Virus record (IMG/VR): IMGVR_UViG_3300032829_000002
Span: 1 to 64,000 of that record
Origin: an uncultured virus (IMG/VR IMGVR_UViG_3300032829_000002)
Taxonomy: Duplodnaviria; Heunggongvirae; Uroviricota; Caudoviricetes
Direction: 5' to 3' (one strand)
Length of the DNA stretch: 64,000 nt
The notes below the pieces were generated by a model. That model ran no database searches. It saw nothing but the letters and a program-made list of their open reading frames with translations, and was not told where the DNA came from. Shown here piece by piece: positions 36,653-44,720 of this stretch (its first letter is position 1; each line of letters begins with the position of its first letter). Both the position numbers and the translations under genes were made by a program.

Positions 36653-37626
36653 CGCGCATGAACGAATCGATGATGCAGTCGTTCGCCGACGAGCTGAAGA
36701 AGCTCGCGAGGGTGAACCCGCGTGTTGGTTCGGCCGCGACGCTCGGTGTTCTGGGGGCGCTCACGGGCGGTGGTGTCAACTACCTGCGGCACCTGACGGG
36801 CGGAAATCCAGAAGAGTCTGGTACCGGTGCGGCGGCACGGGGCGCTCTCGCAGGTGGTCTCGGCGGCTTGGGAATCGGTGCCGCTCTTCCGTTGCGCGCG
36901 CGCCAGGCGGTGTCCCGCTTTGGTCTTCGCGAGCTGCACGGATTGACGGGGCACATGCCCGAGGGGGAGACGCTGCGAACCATGCACGCGGGCGCGTACC
37001 CATCCGAGGTGGCAGCGGTCAAGGCACGCCGGGCCGTTCTCAAAGCGCAGCGAAGTGGTGCTCCCGAAGCGGTCGAGCAAGCGTCCAAAGAGTGGGGGCG
37101 CGCGCAGGATGCGCTCAAGGCGACACGAAGCGCCGAAGAGTGGGGGCTTACGAATCTGCCAGGCGTCGTGAAGTCGATGAAGGCGCACGGTATCCTGCCG
37201 ACCGTCTATCGTGGAGCGCACGCGCAGATCGCAGGAGCAAGTCCCGCGAGCAAGGCGCTGATGCTTGGTCTCCCCGCCCTTGGCGTCGCGCAGGCAGCAC
37301 TCTCACCGGCTCCTGACGGAGGCAAGGGAGAGCAGCTCGGGTACACCACGGGCACCCTCGTTGGAGGTCTCGCGAGTGGCTTGATGCCCTTTGGTGCAGG
37401 GCAGGTTCTCCAAGAAGCGACGGGTCATCTTGGCCGCGCGGCGGGCAAGGGCGTCGATATCGCCGCGGGCAAGCTCTTTCACAAGAACGCACCACCGAAC
37501 TTCCGCTCGTACGGACCGCACCCCGTGGAGGCTAGCGACCTCACCAAGGGACCCGGTCAGTCGACCCCCAGTGAAACGATCATGACGGCCCGTGCTTCGG
37601 GCTATCCGCCGGAGACGCAAGTATGA
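36649..37626 (+). CDS. Gly/Ala-rich putative internal virion protein with glycine-zipper segments
   Basis: N-terminal 'SFADELKKLA'; hydrophobic stretches rich in GxxxG. Confidence 0.55.
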   Translation: MTRMNESMMQSFADELKKLARVNPRVGSAATLGVLGALTGGGVNYLRHLTGGNPEESGTGAAARGALAGGLGGLGIGAALPLRARQAVSRFGLRELHGLTGHMPEGETLRTMHAGAYPSEVAAVKARRAVLKAQRSGAPEAVEQASKEWGRAQDALKATRSAEEWGLTNLPGVVKSMKAHGILPTVYRGAHAQIAGASPASKALMLGLPALGVAQAALSPAPDGGKGEQLGYTTGTLVGGLASGLMPFGAGQVLQEATGHLGRAAGKGVDIAAGKLFHKNAPPNFRSYGPHPVEASDLTKGPGQSTPSETIMTARASGYPPETQV

Positions 37627-39674
37627 CGATGGCAGGCGGCATGGGTGTCGGCGGTCCGGCGAACGCCTTCCGCTTCTCGCAGACGCGCGGCCGCATTCAG
37701 GGCAGCCCTGTCCAGGGAGTCAACTACCCCTCGCCGTTCTTCGACGTCGCGCACACCTACTTGCCCGTCACGGTCAAGCAGATGTTCCGTTGGTGCCGGT
37801 ACTACTTCTTGACGAACCCGTTGATCAACGCGGTCGTCTTCAAGATGAGTGAGTACCCCGTCACAGACCTCATCATCGATCACGACGACGCGCGCACCAA
37901 AGATCGCTGGATGGACTTCTTCCAAGACCATCTTCAGTACCGCGCCTTTCAGGTGGAGGTCGGACTCGACTACTTCGCCTACGGCAACGCGTTCATCAGC
38001 ATCGGCTACAACTTCCACAAGTACCTGCGCTGCGCGACGTGCGGTTGGCGCGAGGTTGCGAACCGTTGCCGCAACCACTGGGTCTTCACGAACTACTCGT
38101 TCCGGCTCGCGTGCCCTGGTTGCCACACGACGGGTGATGCGATCGTCACGGACTTGTACTTGAAGAACCCGAGCGGCGTGAAGCTCATTCGCTGGAACCC
38201 GGAGGACATGGAGATCCTCTACAACGACCTCACCGGCGACTACACGTACTTCTACACGATCCCCGCGGTCATCCGGAACGACATCATCATCGGTCGCAAG
38301 GAAGTGGTCGAGACCATCCCGCAGATCTTCATCCAGGCGCTGAAGGAGCAGAAGGGACTCGTCCTCGCGAAGGACAAGGTCTTCCATCTTCGTCGTCCGT
38401 CGCTCGCTACGCAGGATCGAGGATGGGGCATCCCTCTTCTTCTGCCTGTCCTGAAGGACACGTACTACCTTCAGCTCATGAAGAAGGCGCAGGAGGCAAT
38501 CCTGCTCGAGCACATCGTGCCGCTGCGCATCCTCTTTCCGCAGCCTGCCGCCGGTACCGCCGATCCCTTCACGAGCATCAACCTTGTCGACTGGCGCGAT
38601 CATGTCGCGACCGAGATCGGTCGTTGGCGATACGACAACAACTACATCCCCATCCTGCCTTTGCCGGTGGGCAACCAGACCATCGGTGGTGACGGCAAGG
38701 CGCTCATGCTGACGCCCGAGATCCAGCAGTGGAGCGAGCAGATCGTCGTTGGCATGGGAGTGCCCCGCGAGTTCGTGTTCGGTGGCTTGTCCTACGCGGG
38801 GACGAACGTGTCGATGCGCATGCTCGAAAATGCCTTCATCGGCTACGTGTTGCGCCACAAGCATCTGTTCCGATTCGTCATGCAGGAGGTTTCCAACTTC
38901 CTCGATTGGCCGATGGCGAAGGGGCGCTTCAAGCCCTTCAAGATGGCCGACGACATCCAGCGCAAGTCGCTGATGCTCCAGTTCAACCAGCTCAACAAGA
39001 TCAGCGACTCGACGCTGCTCGCGGACTCCGACCTCTCGCAAGAGGAGGAGAACAAGCTGATGCTGAAGGAGACGAAGACGCGTCTCGAAGCAACCAAGAC
39101 GCAGCAGCTCGCGATGGCTGAGATCCAGGGCGAGTCGTCTCTCGTCATGGCCAAGTACCAAGCCAAGGCGCAGCAGGTGCAGCAGCAGGCGATGCAGCAG
39201 GGACCCGCGCCAGGAGAGCCCGGAGCTCAGGACCAGTTGGGGGCAGGAACGCCTGGTGGTCAGCAGGCCGCCGCGGCGGGCGCGCCGGCAGACCTCACCG
39301 ATCCCCAAGCCTCTCCGCTGCCGCCCGGAAGCGCACTCTTGGAAGCACCGACGCCGGATCAAGAGTTCCACAGCGCGATCTCTAGCCGTCTCGGACGCCA
39401 GCAGAACATGCAACAGAGCGGGCAGCAGAACGTCGACTTGCCTAGCATGGCGATGTCGTACGCCCAGCAGATCTCGCACCTCGACCCTGCGATGCAGCAG
39501 ATGGCCCTTCAGAATCTCCAGACCACGAGCCCCGATCTCGCCGCGCTCACGGGGCAGTATCTGAAGCAGCTCCAGAAGGACAAGGAGCAGATCATGGCCG
39601 GCTCGCAGGGGGGCGTCGACATGCGACCGCTTCCTGAGCAGCGATCGCCGCGTAGAATGACGACGCTCGTCTGA
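37623..39674 (+). CDS. Putative portal protein with a zinc-ribbon insert and Gln-rich tail
   Basis: 'YFLTNPLINAVV.KMSEYP', 'DYFAYGNAFI', 'VFHLR...WGIPLL', 'MGVPREFVFGG.SY'; size and architecture fit a portal. Confidence 0.7.
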   Translation: MTMAGGMGVGGPANAFRFSQTRGRIQGSPVQGVNYPSPFFDVAHTYLPVTVKQMFRWCRYYFLTNPLINAVVFKMSEYPVTDLIIDHDDARTKDRWMDFFQDHLQYRAFQVEVGLDYFAYGNAFISIGYNFHKYLRCATCGWREVANRCRNHWVFTNYSFRLACPGCHTTGDAIVTDLYLKNPSGVKLIRWNPEDMEILYNDLTGDYTYFYTIPAVIRNDIIIGRKEVVETIPQIFIQALKEQKGLVLAKDKVFHLRRPSLATQDRGWGIPLLLPVLKDTYYLQLMKKAQEAILLEHIVPLRILFPQPAAGTADPFTSINLVDWRDHVATEIGRWRYDNNYIPILPLPVGNQTIGGDGKALMLTPEIQQWSEQIVVGMGVPREFVFGGLSYAGTNVSMRMLENAFIGYVLRHKHLFRFVMQEVSNFLDWPMAKGRFKPFKMADDIQRKSLMLQFNQLNKISDSTLLADSDLSQEEENKLMLKETKTRLEATKTQQLAMAEIQGESSLVMAKYQAKAQQVQQQAMQQGPAPGEPGAQDQLGAGTPGGQQAAAAGAPADLTDPQASPLPPGSALLEAPTPDQEFHSAISSRLGRQQNMQQSGQQNVDLPSMAMSYAQQISHLDPAMQQMALQNLQTTSPDLAALTGQYLKQLQKDKEQIMAGSQGGVDMRPLPEQRSPRRMTTLV

Positions 39675-39708
39675 GGGCTAAAAAAGCAGGGCCAGAAGGC
39701 CCTGCTTT
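39675..39708 (-). terminator. Intrinsic terminator at a convergent junction (possibly bidirectional)
   Basis: 11-bp stem aaagcagggcc/ggccctgcttt, then TTTAGCCC on the minus strand. Confidence 0.75.
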
Positions 39709-40475
39709 CAACCAACGAGTCGCCACACTCCGTCGCTGCCGAGACGGATGTTTCCTTCTCCGGTTGCGATCTTGTACCCCCTGGATTGGTACGCGTACCG
39801 CACGCGAAGATCGAACGGCGATCGTTCTTTCACGAGCTGCGTCACGAAGTACTTTCCTTCGATGAGCCCTCCGCACCGCAGGTAGATTCGAGCCCAGGAT
39901 GCTTCGTCGAGGCTGACAGCGACGACCTGCCTCCACTTCGCTCGTCGCGCATCGAGCTTGGCAGCGATCTTGACCTCGTTTGGATAGGCTCCTCTTTTCG
40001 TGCAGGTTACAACGATCTCTCCTCTTGTGAGGAAGGGAACTGAGTAGATCTTGACGTCGTGCCCGACGTTTGGCGTCGAACGAAGCTGCCAGCGTTCGAG
40101 TACCTCCCGTGCCTTTGCAAGTACGAACGGCGAAGGGCGTAGGAAGCGTCGACCCTCGAGTGGGTCGAACACTGTCGTTCTTCGTACGTACCTCGTATTC
40201 CTAACCTCTCGAGGTTCGTTTCCTTCAAGAAGGTGCGGAATGTCGATGCGGTCCTTCAACGCGGCGAAGTAGCTACCACCGCAGAGAAGAGCGCCTACGA
40301 TCTCCAAGCAAGATGACTGTTCTATCTTCGACTGTTCCATCATGTCGACTTCGGCCGCCAGTGTCTTCAGTCGAACGCCTGGATGATCGAGAAGCGTGAC
40401 GCGATGCCCTCGAAAACGAACGGTGTGCTCTTCTCCGTTGCAGCGCACTTTGAAGAGCACCTCGTTGTTTTTCAC
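39708..40475 (-). CDS. Hypothetical basic protein
   Basis: GTGA overlap with the VWA gene stop (alternative ATG at 40502); somewhat lower GC than the flanks. Confidence 0.55.
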   Translation of the reverse strand: MKNNEVLFKVRCNGEEHTVRFRGHRVTLLDHPGVRLKTLAAEVDMMEQSKIEQSSCLEIVGALLCGGSYFAALKDRIDIPHLLEGNEPREVRNTRYVRRTTVFDPLEGRRFLRPSPFVLAKAREVLERWQLRSTPNVGHDVKIYSVPFLTRGEIVVTCTKRGAYPNEVKIAAKLDARRAKWRQVVAVSLDEASWARIYLRCGGLIEGKYFVTQLVKERSPFDLRVRYAYQSRGYKIATGEGNIRLGSDGVWRLVG

Positions 40476-41668
40476 TTCGGAACGCGAACGACGTGACCCC
40501 ATGTCGCTGGCTCCTTTACTTGTTCTCCGACCAAGCACCAGATGACTTCCATCCCGGCCGGTGCTCGATCGGGTGCGGGACCGTACCCGTCGGTCAGGTA
40601 GATGAGAATGGAAGGCTTTGGATGAAGGCGTTGAGCTCGTTCGATGGCGGGACGAAAGTCCGTTCCACCACGCCCAACGATCTCCACTTCGACGAGCTCT
40701 GAGGCGCGTACGCGACGGATGCGTTCGTCGTACATCGCGTCGGCTTGAATGAACCAGGCGTCCTCTGCGCCTGACTGCATGATGATGCCGCGCGCTTCTC
40801 GGAGGCACGGCTTGATGTGTCGGTCGATATCCATCGAACCGCTCGTGTCGAGCACGATCGCGAACTCGATCTCCTCCCCAACCAGACCAGGACGGAAGGG
40901 TCCGGGAGGCATTCCATACGAGCGACGAGAAGGGCGCGCCATCGAGTAGTCGCTGTCGCCGTACGACAACTTGCTGACGCATGCGCGGATGGTGTTCTGG
41001 AAGAAGGTCTGCCACCGGATCGTGGACGGCGCGAGAATCGCTTTTGCCCACTGAGACCAGCCACCGCGAATCGTTCCATGCGTCTTCTCGTGACGGATGA
41101 TGTCGTCGGCAACCTGCTGTTTGATCTGCTCGACTTCGGATTCCTCTCGTCCGTACAGCTCGTCGAGTTCCTTCTCGAGCTCGTCGTTGCTCGCGTTACC
41201 GGCAACGCCGCCGCATTGCCCTGCGCATGCGCTCACTTCCTCGTTCGCCGCACTCGGCGGCACCAGTGCGTAGTACTCCTCGGCAGTCAGGTCCACGGGA
41301 AGGCCGTACTTCTCGGGGAGCAATCCGTCAGGAGAGAAGTCCCACGCGGGGTCGTGCCTTCCTGTCGTGTTGATGGCGAGGTCCTCGCAGATGTTCGCGA
41401 TGCGCTGGTTGACCCCGATCAATCGTGTGAAGGAGTGCCGCAACACGTGCTGTACTTCATGCCAGAGACGCGTACCGATTCTCTTCTCCGACTCCAGCTT
41501 CCGCAGGTAGTCGGGGTTGTAGTAGAGGATCATGCCTGGCGTGACGCCGAGCGTGGGAACGCGACGCTCGGCGTGTGGAATCAGGCTGAGCACGGCCCTA
41601 CCGAAGTAGGGCGCGTGCGCCTGCACGTACACTCGACCGAGCATGAGCAGCTCGTCTTCTACGCTCAT
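40472..41668 (-). CDS. Metallopeptidase-like (HExxH) plus VWA domain protein (DUF2201-type)
   Basis: 'WHEVQH', 'LDTSGSM' MIDAS, 'GRGGTDF', 'YLTDGYG'. Confidence 0.85.
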   Translation of the reverse strand: MSVEDELLMLGRVYVQAHAPYFGRAVLSLIPHAERRVPTLGVTPGMILYYNPDYLRKLESEKRIGTRLWHEVQHVLRHSFTRLIGVNQRIANICEDLAINTTGRHDPAWDFSPDGLLPEKYGLPVDLTAEEYYALVPPSAANEEVSACAGQCGGVAGNASNDELEKELDELYGREESEVEQIKQQVADDIIRHEKTHGTIRGGWSQWAKAILAPSTIRWQTFFQNTIRACVSKLSYGDSDYSMARPSRRSYGMPPGPFRPGLVGEEIEFAIVLDTSGSMDIDRHIKPCLREARGIIMQSGAEDAWFIQADAMYDERIRRVRASELVEVEIVGRGGTDFRPAIERAQRLHPKPSILIYLTDGYGPAPDRAPAGMEVIWCLVGEQVKEPATWGHVVRVPK

Positions 41669-42879
41669 ACGGCCTCCTTGTTCTTGTTGTAGTCGTAGAT
41701 CTTCTTCGCGTTCTTCATCAGACGATCTCCGAATCGTCCGATCACCGGCTCGGATGCTTTCGCCAGTTTCTCTCCACCGAGAGAGCTCAGGTTCTTGTTC
41801 ACGAGCTCGACCGCCGCGGGGTAGACGAGATCGGCGAAGCCAGCCTCGCAGCCACGTTGGAGAATCGGCCATGCTTTCAGCACCGCGTCGACCTGCGCCT
41901 GCTTGTGCGGAAGTCCAGTGATGTACGCAGCGAGAGAGATGTACACGACGTAGTTGCGATCGAGGCGTTTGTCCGGCTCGAAGCCTTCGCTCAAGACCTG
42001 CTTCGGAGAAGGCAGCTTCAAGTCGCGGCGGTAGGCGAGGAACTCGTCACGTGCACCAGCGCCGATGCACGCTTTGAGCATGACGGACTCGAGCTGCCCG
42101 CCGATGTTCAGGATGCGGCACGTCGTTGCTGCGCGGACGGCCCATTCCATCGTGCGCGCGGTCGGGAACGCTTTGCTTCGCTCTGTAGAGCCCGCATCGG
42201 GAATGTCCTCGAGGGCCTTCGGGAACCTTTCTGCGTAGCCCACGAAGACAGGTGCAACCTCGAGCCACGCCCTCGCCCAGTTCTCTTTGATCTTCGTCTC
42301 GATGTCGTAGAGAGGCGTGACGTCTTCCTCCTCGTTCTTGACGCCGAGCACGTAGTTTCCCCATTCGCGAGCCGTCGGCTTGTCCATCTCGTAATGGATG
42401 AACCGATTGGCGAGAGGAGCTTCGAGCGGGTGGCCGCCGGCGCTGGTCTCGACAGGGTTGGCGGCTGCGATGATACGAACCTTGCCAGGAATCTCGACGT
42501 CGCCAGACCGTCGGTCCAGTACGACGCCAAGAAGTGTGGACTGAACGGCGCTGCGGGCGGTGTTGATCTCGTCGAGGAACAAGATGCCCTCGCCGATCTC
42601 CACGAGCTCACGCACCGCCATCAGGATGCGGACGTGGTTCACGCCCCCTTTGCCATCCTGCAGTGCGAGTCCCGCGAAGTCCTGGGGACGACGTCCTGCC
42701 GGCAGGACGACGCCCGCGTACGTTTGCAGAAGCGCCGCAAGCTTCTTGATGCGGGAGGACTTGCCGATGCCCGGATTCCCCCAGATGAGCAACGGCAACC
42801 CCCACATGCAGTTCGGATCGTTCGGGTCTCCGAGGGGAACGGAGATGGCAACTCGGATCACATCTTCGACGGTGTGCAT
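41665..42879 (-). CDS. MoxR-like AAA+ ATPase
   Basis: 'GNPGIGKS', 'LFLDEIN', 'IIAAANP', 'PLANRF'; paired with the VWA gene. Confidence 0.85.
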   Translation of the reverse strand: MHTVEDVIRVAISVPLGDPNDPNCMWGLPLLIWGNPGIGKSSRIKKLAALLQTYAGVVLPAGRRPQDFAGLALQDGKGGVNHVRILMAVRELVEIGEGILFLDEINTARSAVQSTLLGVVLDRRSGDVEIPGKVRIIAAANPVETSAGGHPLEAPLANRFIHYEMDKPTAREWGNYVLGVKNEEEDVTPLYDIETKIKENWARAWLEVAPVFVGYAERFPKALEDIPDAGSTERSKAFPTARTMEWAVRAATTCRILNIGGQLESVMLKACIGAGARDEFLAYRRDLKLPSPKQVLSEGFEPDKRLDRNYVVYISLAAYITGLPHKQAQVDAVLKAWPILQRGCEAGFADLVYPAAVELVNKNLSSLGGEKLAKASEPVIGRFGDRLMKNAKKIYDYNKNKEAV

Positions 42880-43175
42880 TACTTGTCCTCGTTCTTCGTG
42901 TAGACGGTGACGACGTTGCCGGCGGAGTCCACGATGGCCCACCCGTCAACGCCCATGAAGGAGATCGGAACCTTGTTCTTGCCGTCGTAGTTGACGAGCA
43001 CCGTTCCGTCTTTGAACGCCGCTGCAATCTGCTGGTTGATGTGGTTGCGCACCTCTTGCTTGTAGAGGTGACGGCTGTCGAGCCAGCGCTCCATGAAGCG
43101 CTCGACGACATGGTCCGTCACCCCGTACGGGTTCCGCGCCATCCGAGTGGCGAGGAACTTGCCCTGCCCACTCAC
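42879..43175 (-). CDS. Small protein, possible BECR/DUF4258-like ribonuclease fold
   Basis: 'TDHVVERFMER...AIVD..GNVVTVY'; GTGA overlap (alternative ATG at 43142). Confidence 0.45.
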   Translation of the reverse strand: MSGQGKFLATRMARNPYGVTDHVVERFMERWLDSRHLYKQEVRNHINQQIAAAFKDGTVLVNYDGKNKVPISFMGVDGWAIVDSAGNVVTVYTKNEDK

Positions 43176-43804
43176 GTGGGCCTCCAATGGCAGCGGCACA
43201 TGCAGCGGCCGTGTCGCCAGCACTTCGTTGCCGTGCATTCCTTGCATTCCCTTCCCTGCGCAAGGGTGTTCTCGAGATCGGAGTCTTCGATTCCTGCTGC
43301 TGAAAGGAAACGCCGAGCGCACGTCAGGCAGGCAACCCATAGGTCCCCTTCTGCGGCGAGAAACGTCGTGGTGGGGGAGCAGACGCCTTTCAGCGTCGGC
43401 GTTCTCGGAGAGAAGGCGACTTCTCCGATGTCGACGGCGATGCACCGTTCGCCCATTCGAATGCTGTCTCCGCAGTAGTCGCACTCGAGAACGCTGTGCG
43501 TCTCGACGTTCGGCGGCTCGTCTTCGAGTTGCTCTCGAATCGTTTCTTCCAGTTCTTCGTAGCAACTGAAGTCGAAGAAGACCGGTTCGACGAGAGGTTC
43601 GTCGTTGTCGTCTCGGAGGATCAAGTACTTCACCTCGCCGTCCTCTTTCGACAGCCAAGGCTCGACGAGTTGGAACAGCGCGACGTCCTCCCCGGTGACG
43701 ATGCGCTCCATGCAGTGAAGGCAGACGAGCTCGGTTGGGTGCCCTTCTTCTTCCTCCTCTTCGTCTTCTTCTTCAAAAGGTCCGTGCGTTAGATTCTCCG
43801 CCAT
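43172..43804 (-). CDS. Acidic Cys-rich zinc-finger protein
   Basis: CLHC, CDYC, CLTC, CKEC, CMC. Confidence 0.6.
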   Translation of the reverse strand: MAENLTHGPFEEEDEEEEEEGHPTELVCLHCMERIVTGEDVALFQLVEPWLSKEDGEVKYLILRDDNDEPLVEPVFFDFSCYEELEETIREQLEDEPPNVETHSVLECDYCGDSIRMGERCIAVDIGEVAFSPRTPTLKGVCSPTTTFLAAEGDLWVACLTCARRFLSAAGIEDSDLENTLAQGRECKECTATKCWRHGRCMCRCHWRPT

Positions 43805-44388
43805 TCGACTGCAATCCTTTCTACGCGTCGCCAGCGCAACTCCGCGGTCTCGACGCGGAAGTCTGGAACGCCGTTCTCGAACCACTGCTCTCCTGCGAAC
43901 AACAGGAGCTCTTCGCAATCGACTCCGGGGCTGAGGTGGATTCGCCTCGTGAGCTCGACTCCTTCAGGCAAGAGCACCGCTCCCGTTACTTCTTCCTGCA
44001 CAAGCCGCATTTCTTGCTCACGCGCGTACAGGTCGTCGGTCAGGTCATCGTCATCCATCACGAATCCGAACCAACGTTCCTTGTCGAGCGGGTCGACGTA
44101 GTCCTGCCCGAGCCATCGGCAGTACGTCCCCGGTTGACCGACTCCAAGGAGGACCTCGAGGTCACGCTGGTTGATGAACGACGCGAAGCCCTTCTGATCG
44201 GTGGCGTGCGCGCGGATGCCACCGACGAGCCTTCCGCGCACCGGCAGGTAGACGCCGTCCAGCGTCCACTGCCGGTCGGCCCGTAGCGGGTCTGTCACCT
44301 TGACGCCGACAAGGCCGAAGGTTTCCTCCAGCATCCGCCCGCCGCACGTAGTGAAGCGGCTTCTTTCCTGTTCAGGGTGTACGATCAT
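43789..44388 (-). CDS. Hypothetical protein
   Basis: GGAGAGG upstream of ATG 44388. Confidence 0.55.
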   Translation of the reverse strand: MIVHPEQERSRFTTCGGRMLEETFGLVGVKVTDPLRADRQWTLDGVYLPVRGRLVGGIRAHATDQKGFASFINQRDLEVLLGVGQPGTYCRWLGQDYVDPLDKERWFGFVMDDDDLTDDLYAREQEMRLVQEEVTGAVLLPEGVELTRRIHLSPGVDCEELLLFAGEQWFENGVPDFRVETAELRWRRVERIAVEWRRI

Positions 44389-44467
44389 GGCGCAGCCTCT
44401 CCAGCATCCAGGCCCGCAGGCCGTGAAGGAATCCGAACAAGAGCGCCCAGCCAAAAAGATGCAGCAT
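44372..44467 (-). CDS. Small hydrophobic protein (31 aa, MLHLFGWALLFGFLHGLRAW...)
   Basis: TGATG coupling and GAGGAGG RBS; below the ORF-track length cut-off. Confidence 0.45.
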   Translation of the reverse strand: MLHLFGWALLFGFLHGLRAWMLERLRHDRTP

Positions 44468-44595
44468 CAGTCCTCCTCTTGGTCTTCCTCGTCGCACTCG
44501 TCGTCCACGTCTTCATCGTTCCAAAACAGCCGGTCGATGATCTCTTCGAACCTCTTGCCGGCGTTGTCGCCGGGCTCGATCGGGCAGTTCGTCAT
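44467..44595 (-). CDS. Small, very acidic protein (42 aa)
   Basis: ATG at 44595 after GGAG; C-terminus DEDVDDECDEEDQEED. Confidence 0.45.
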   Translation of the reverse strand: MTNCPIEPGDNAGKRFEEIIDRLFWNDEDVDDECDEEDQEED

Positions 44596-44649
44596 CAAAT
44601 TCTCCAACGCTGCGTTTTTGCGGCGAACGCGATGTTTTTCGCCATAGTT

Positions 44650-44677
44650 CTTGTTCCTGCGTCTGCACTCGTCTTGC
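44650..44677 (-). promoter_or_regulatory. Putative phage promoter GCAA-N16-GGAACAAG
   Basis: Copy of the repeated motif in the divergent region before the RNAP gene. Confidence 0.55.
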
Positions 44678-44720
44678 TCGACGTTCTGCGCGTGGGGTAA
44701 CTTGCTCAAGAGCACCCGCA

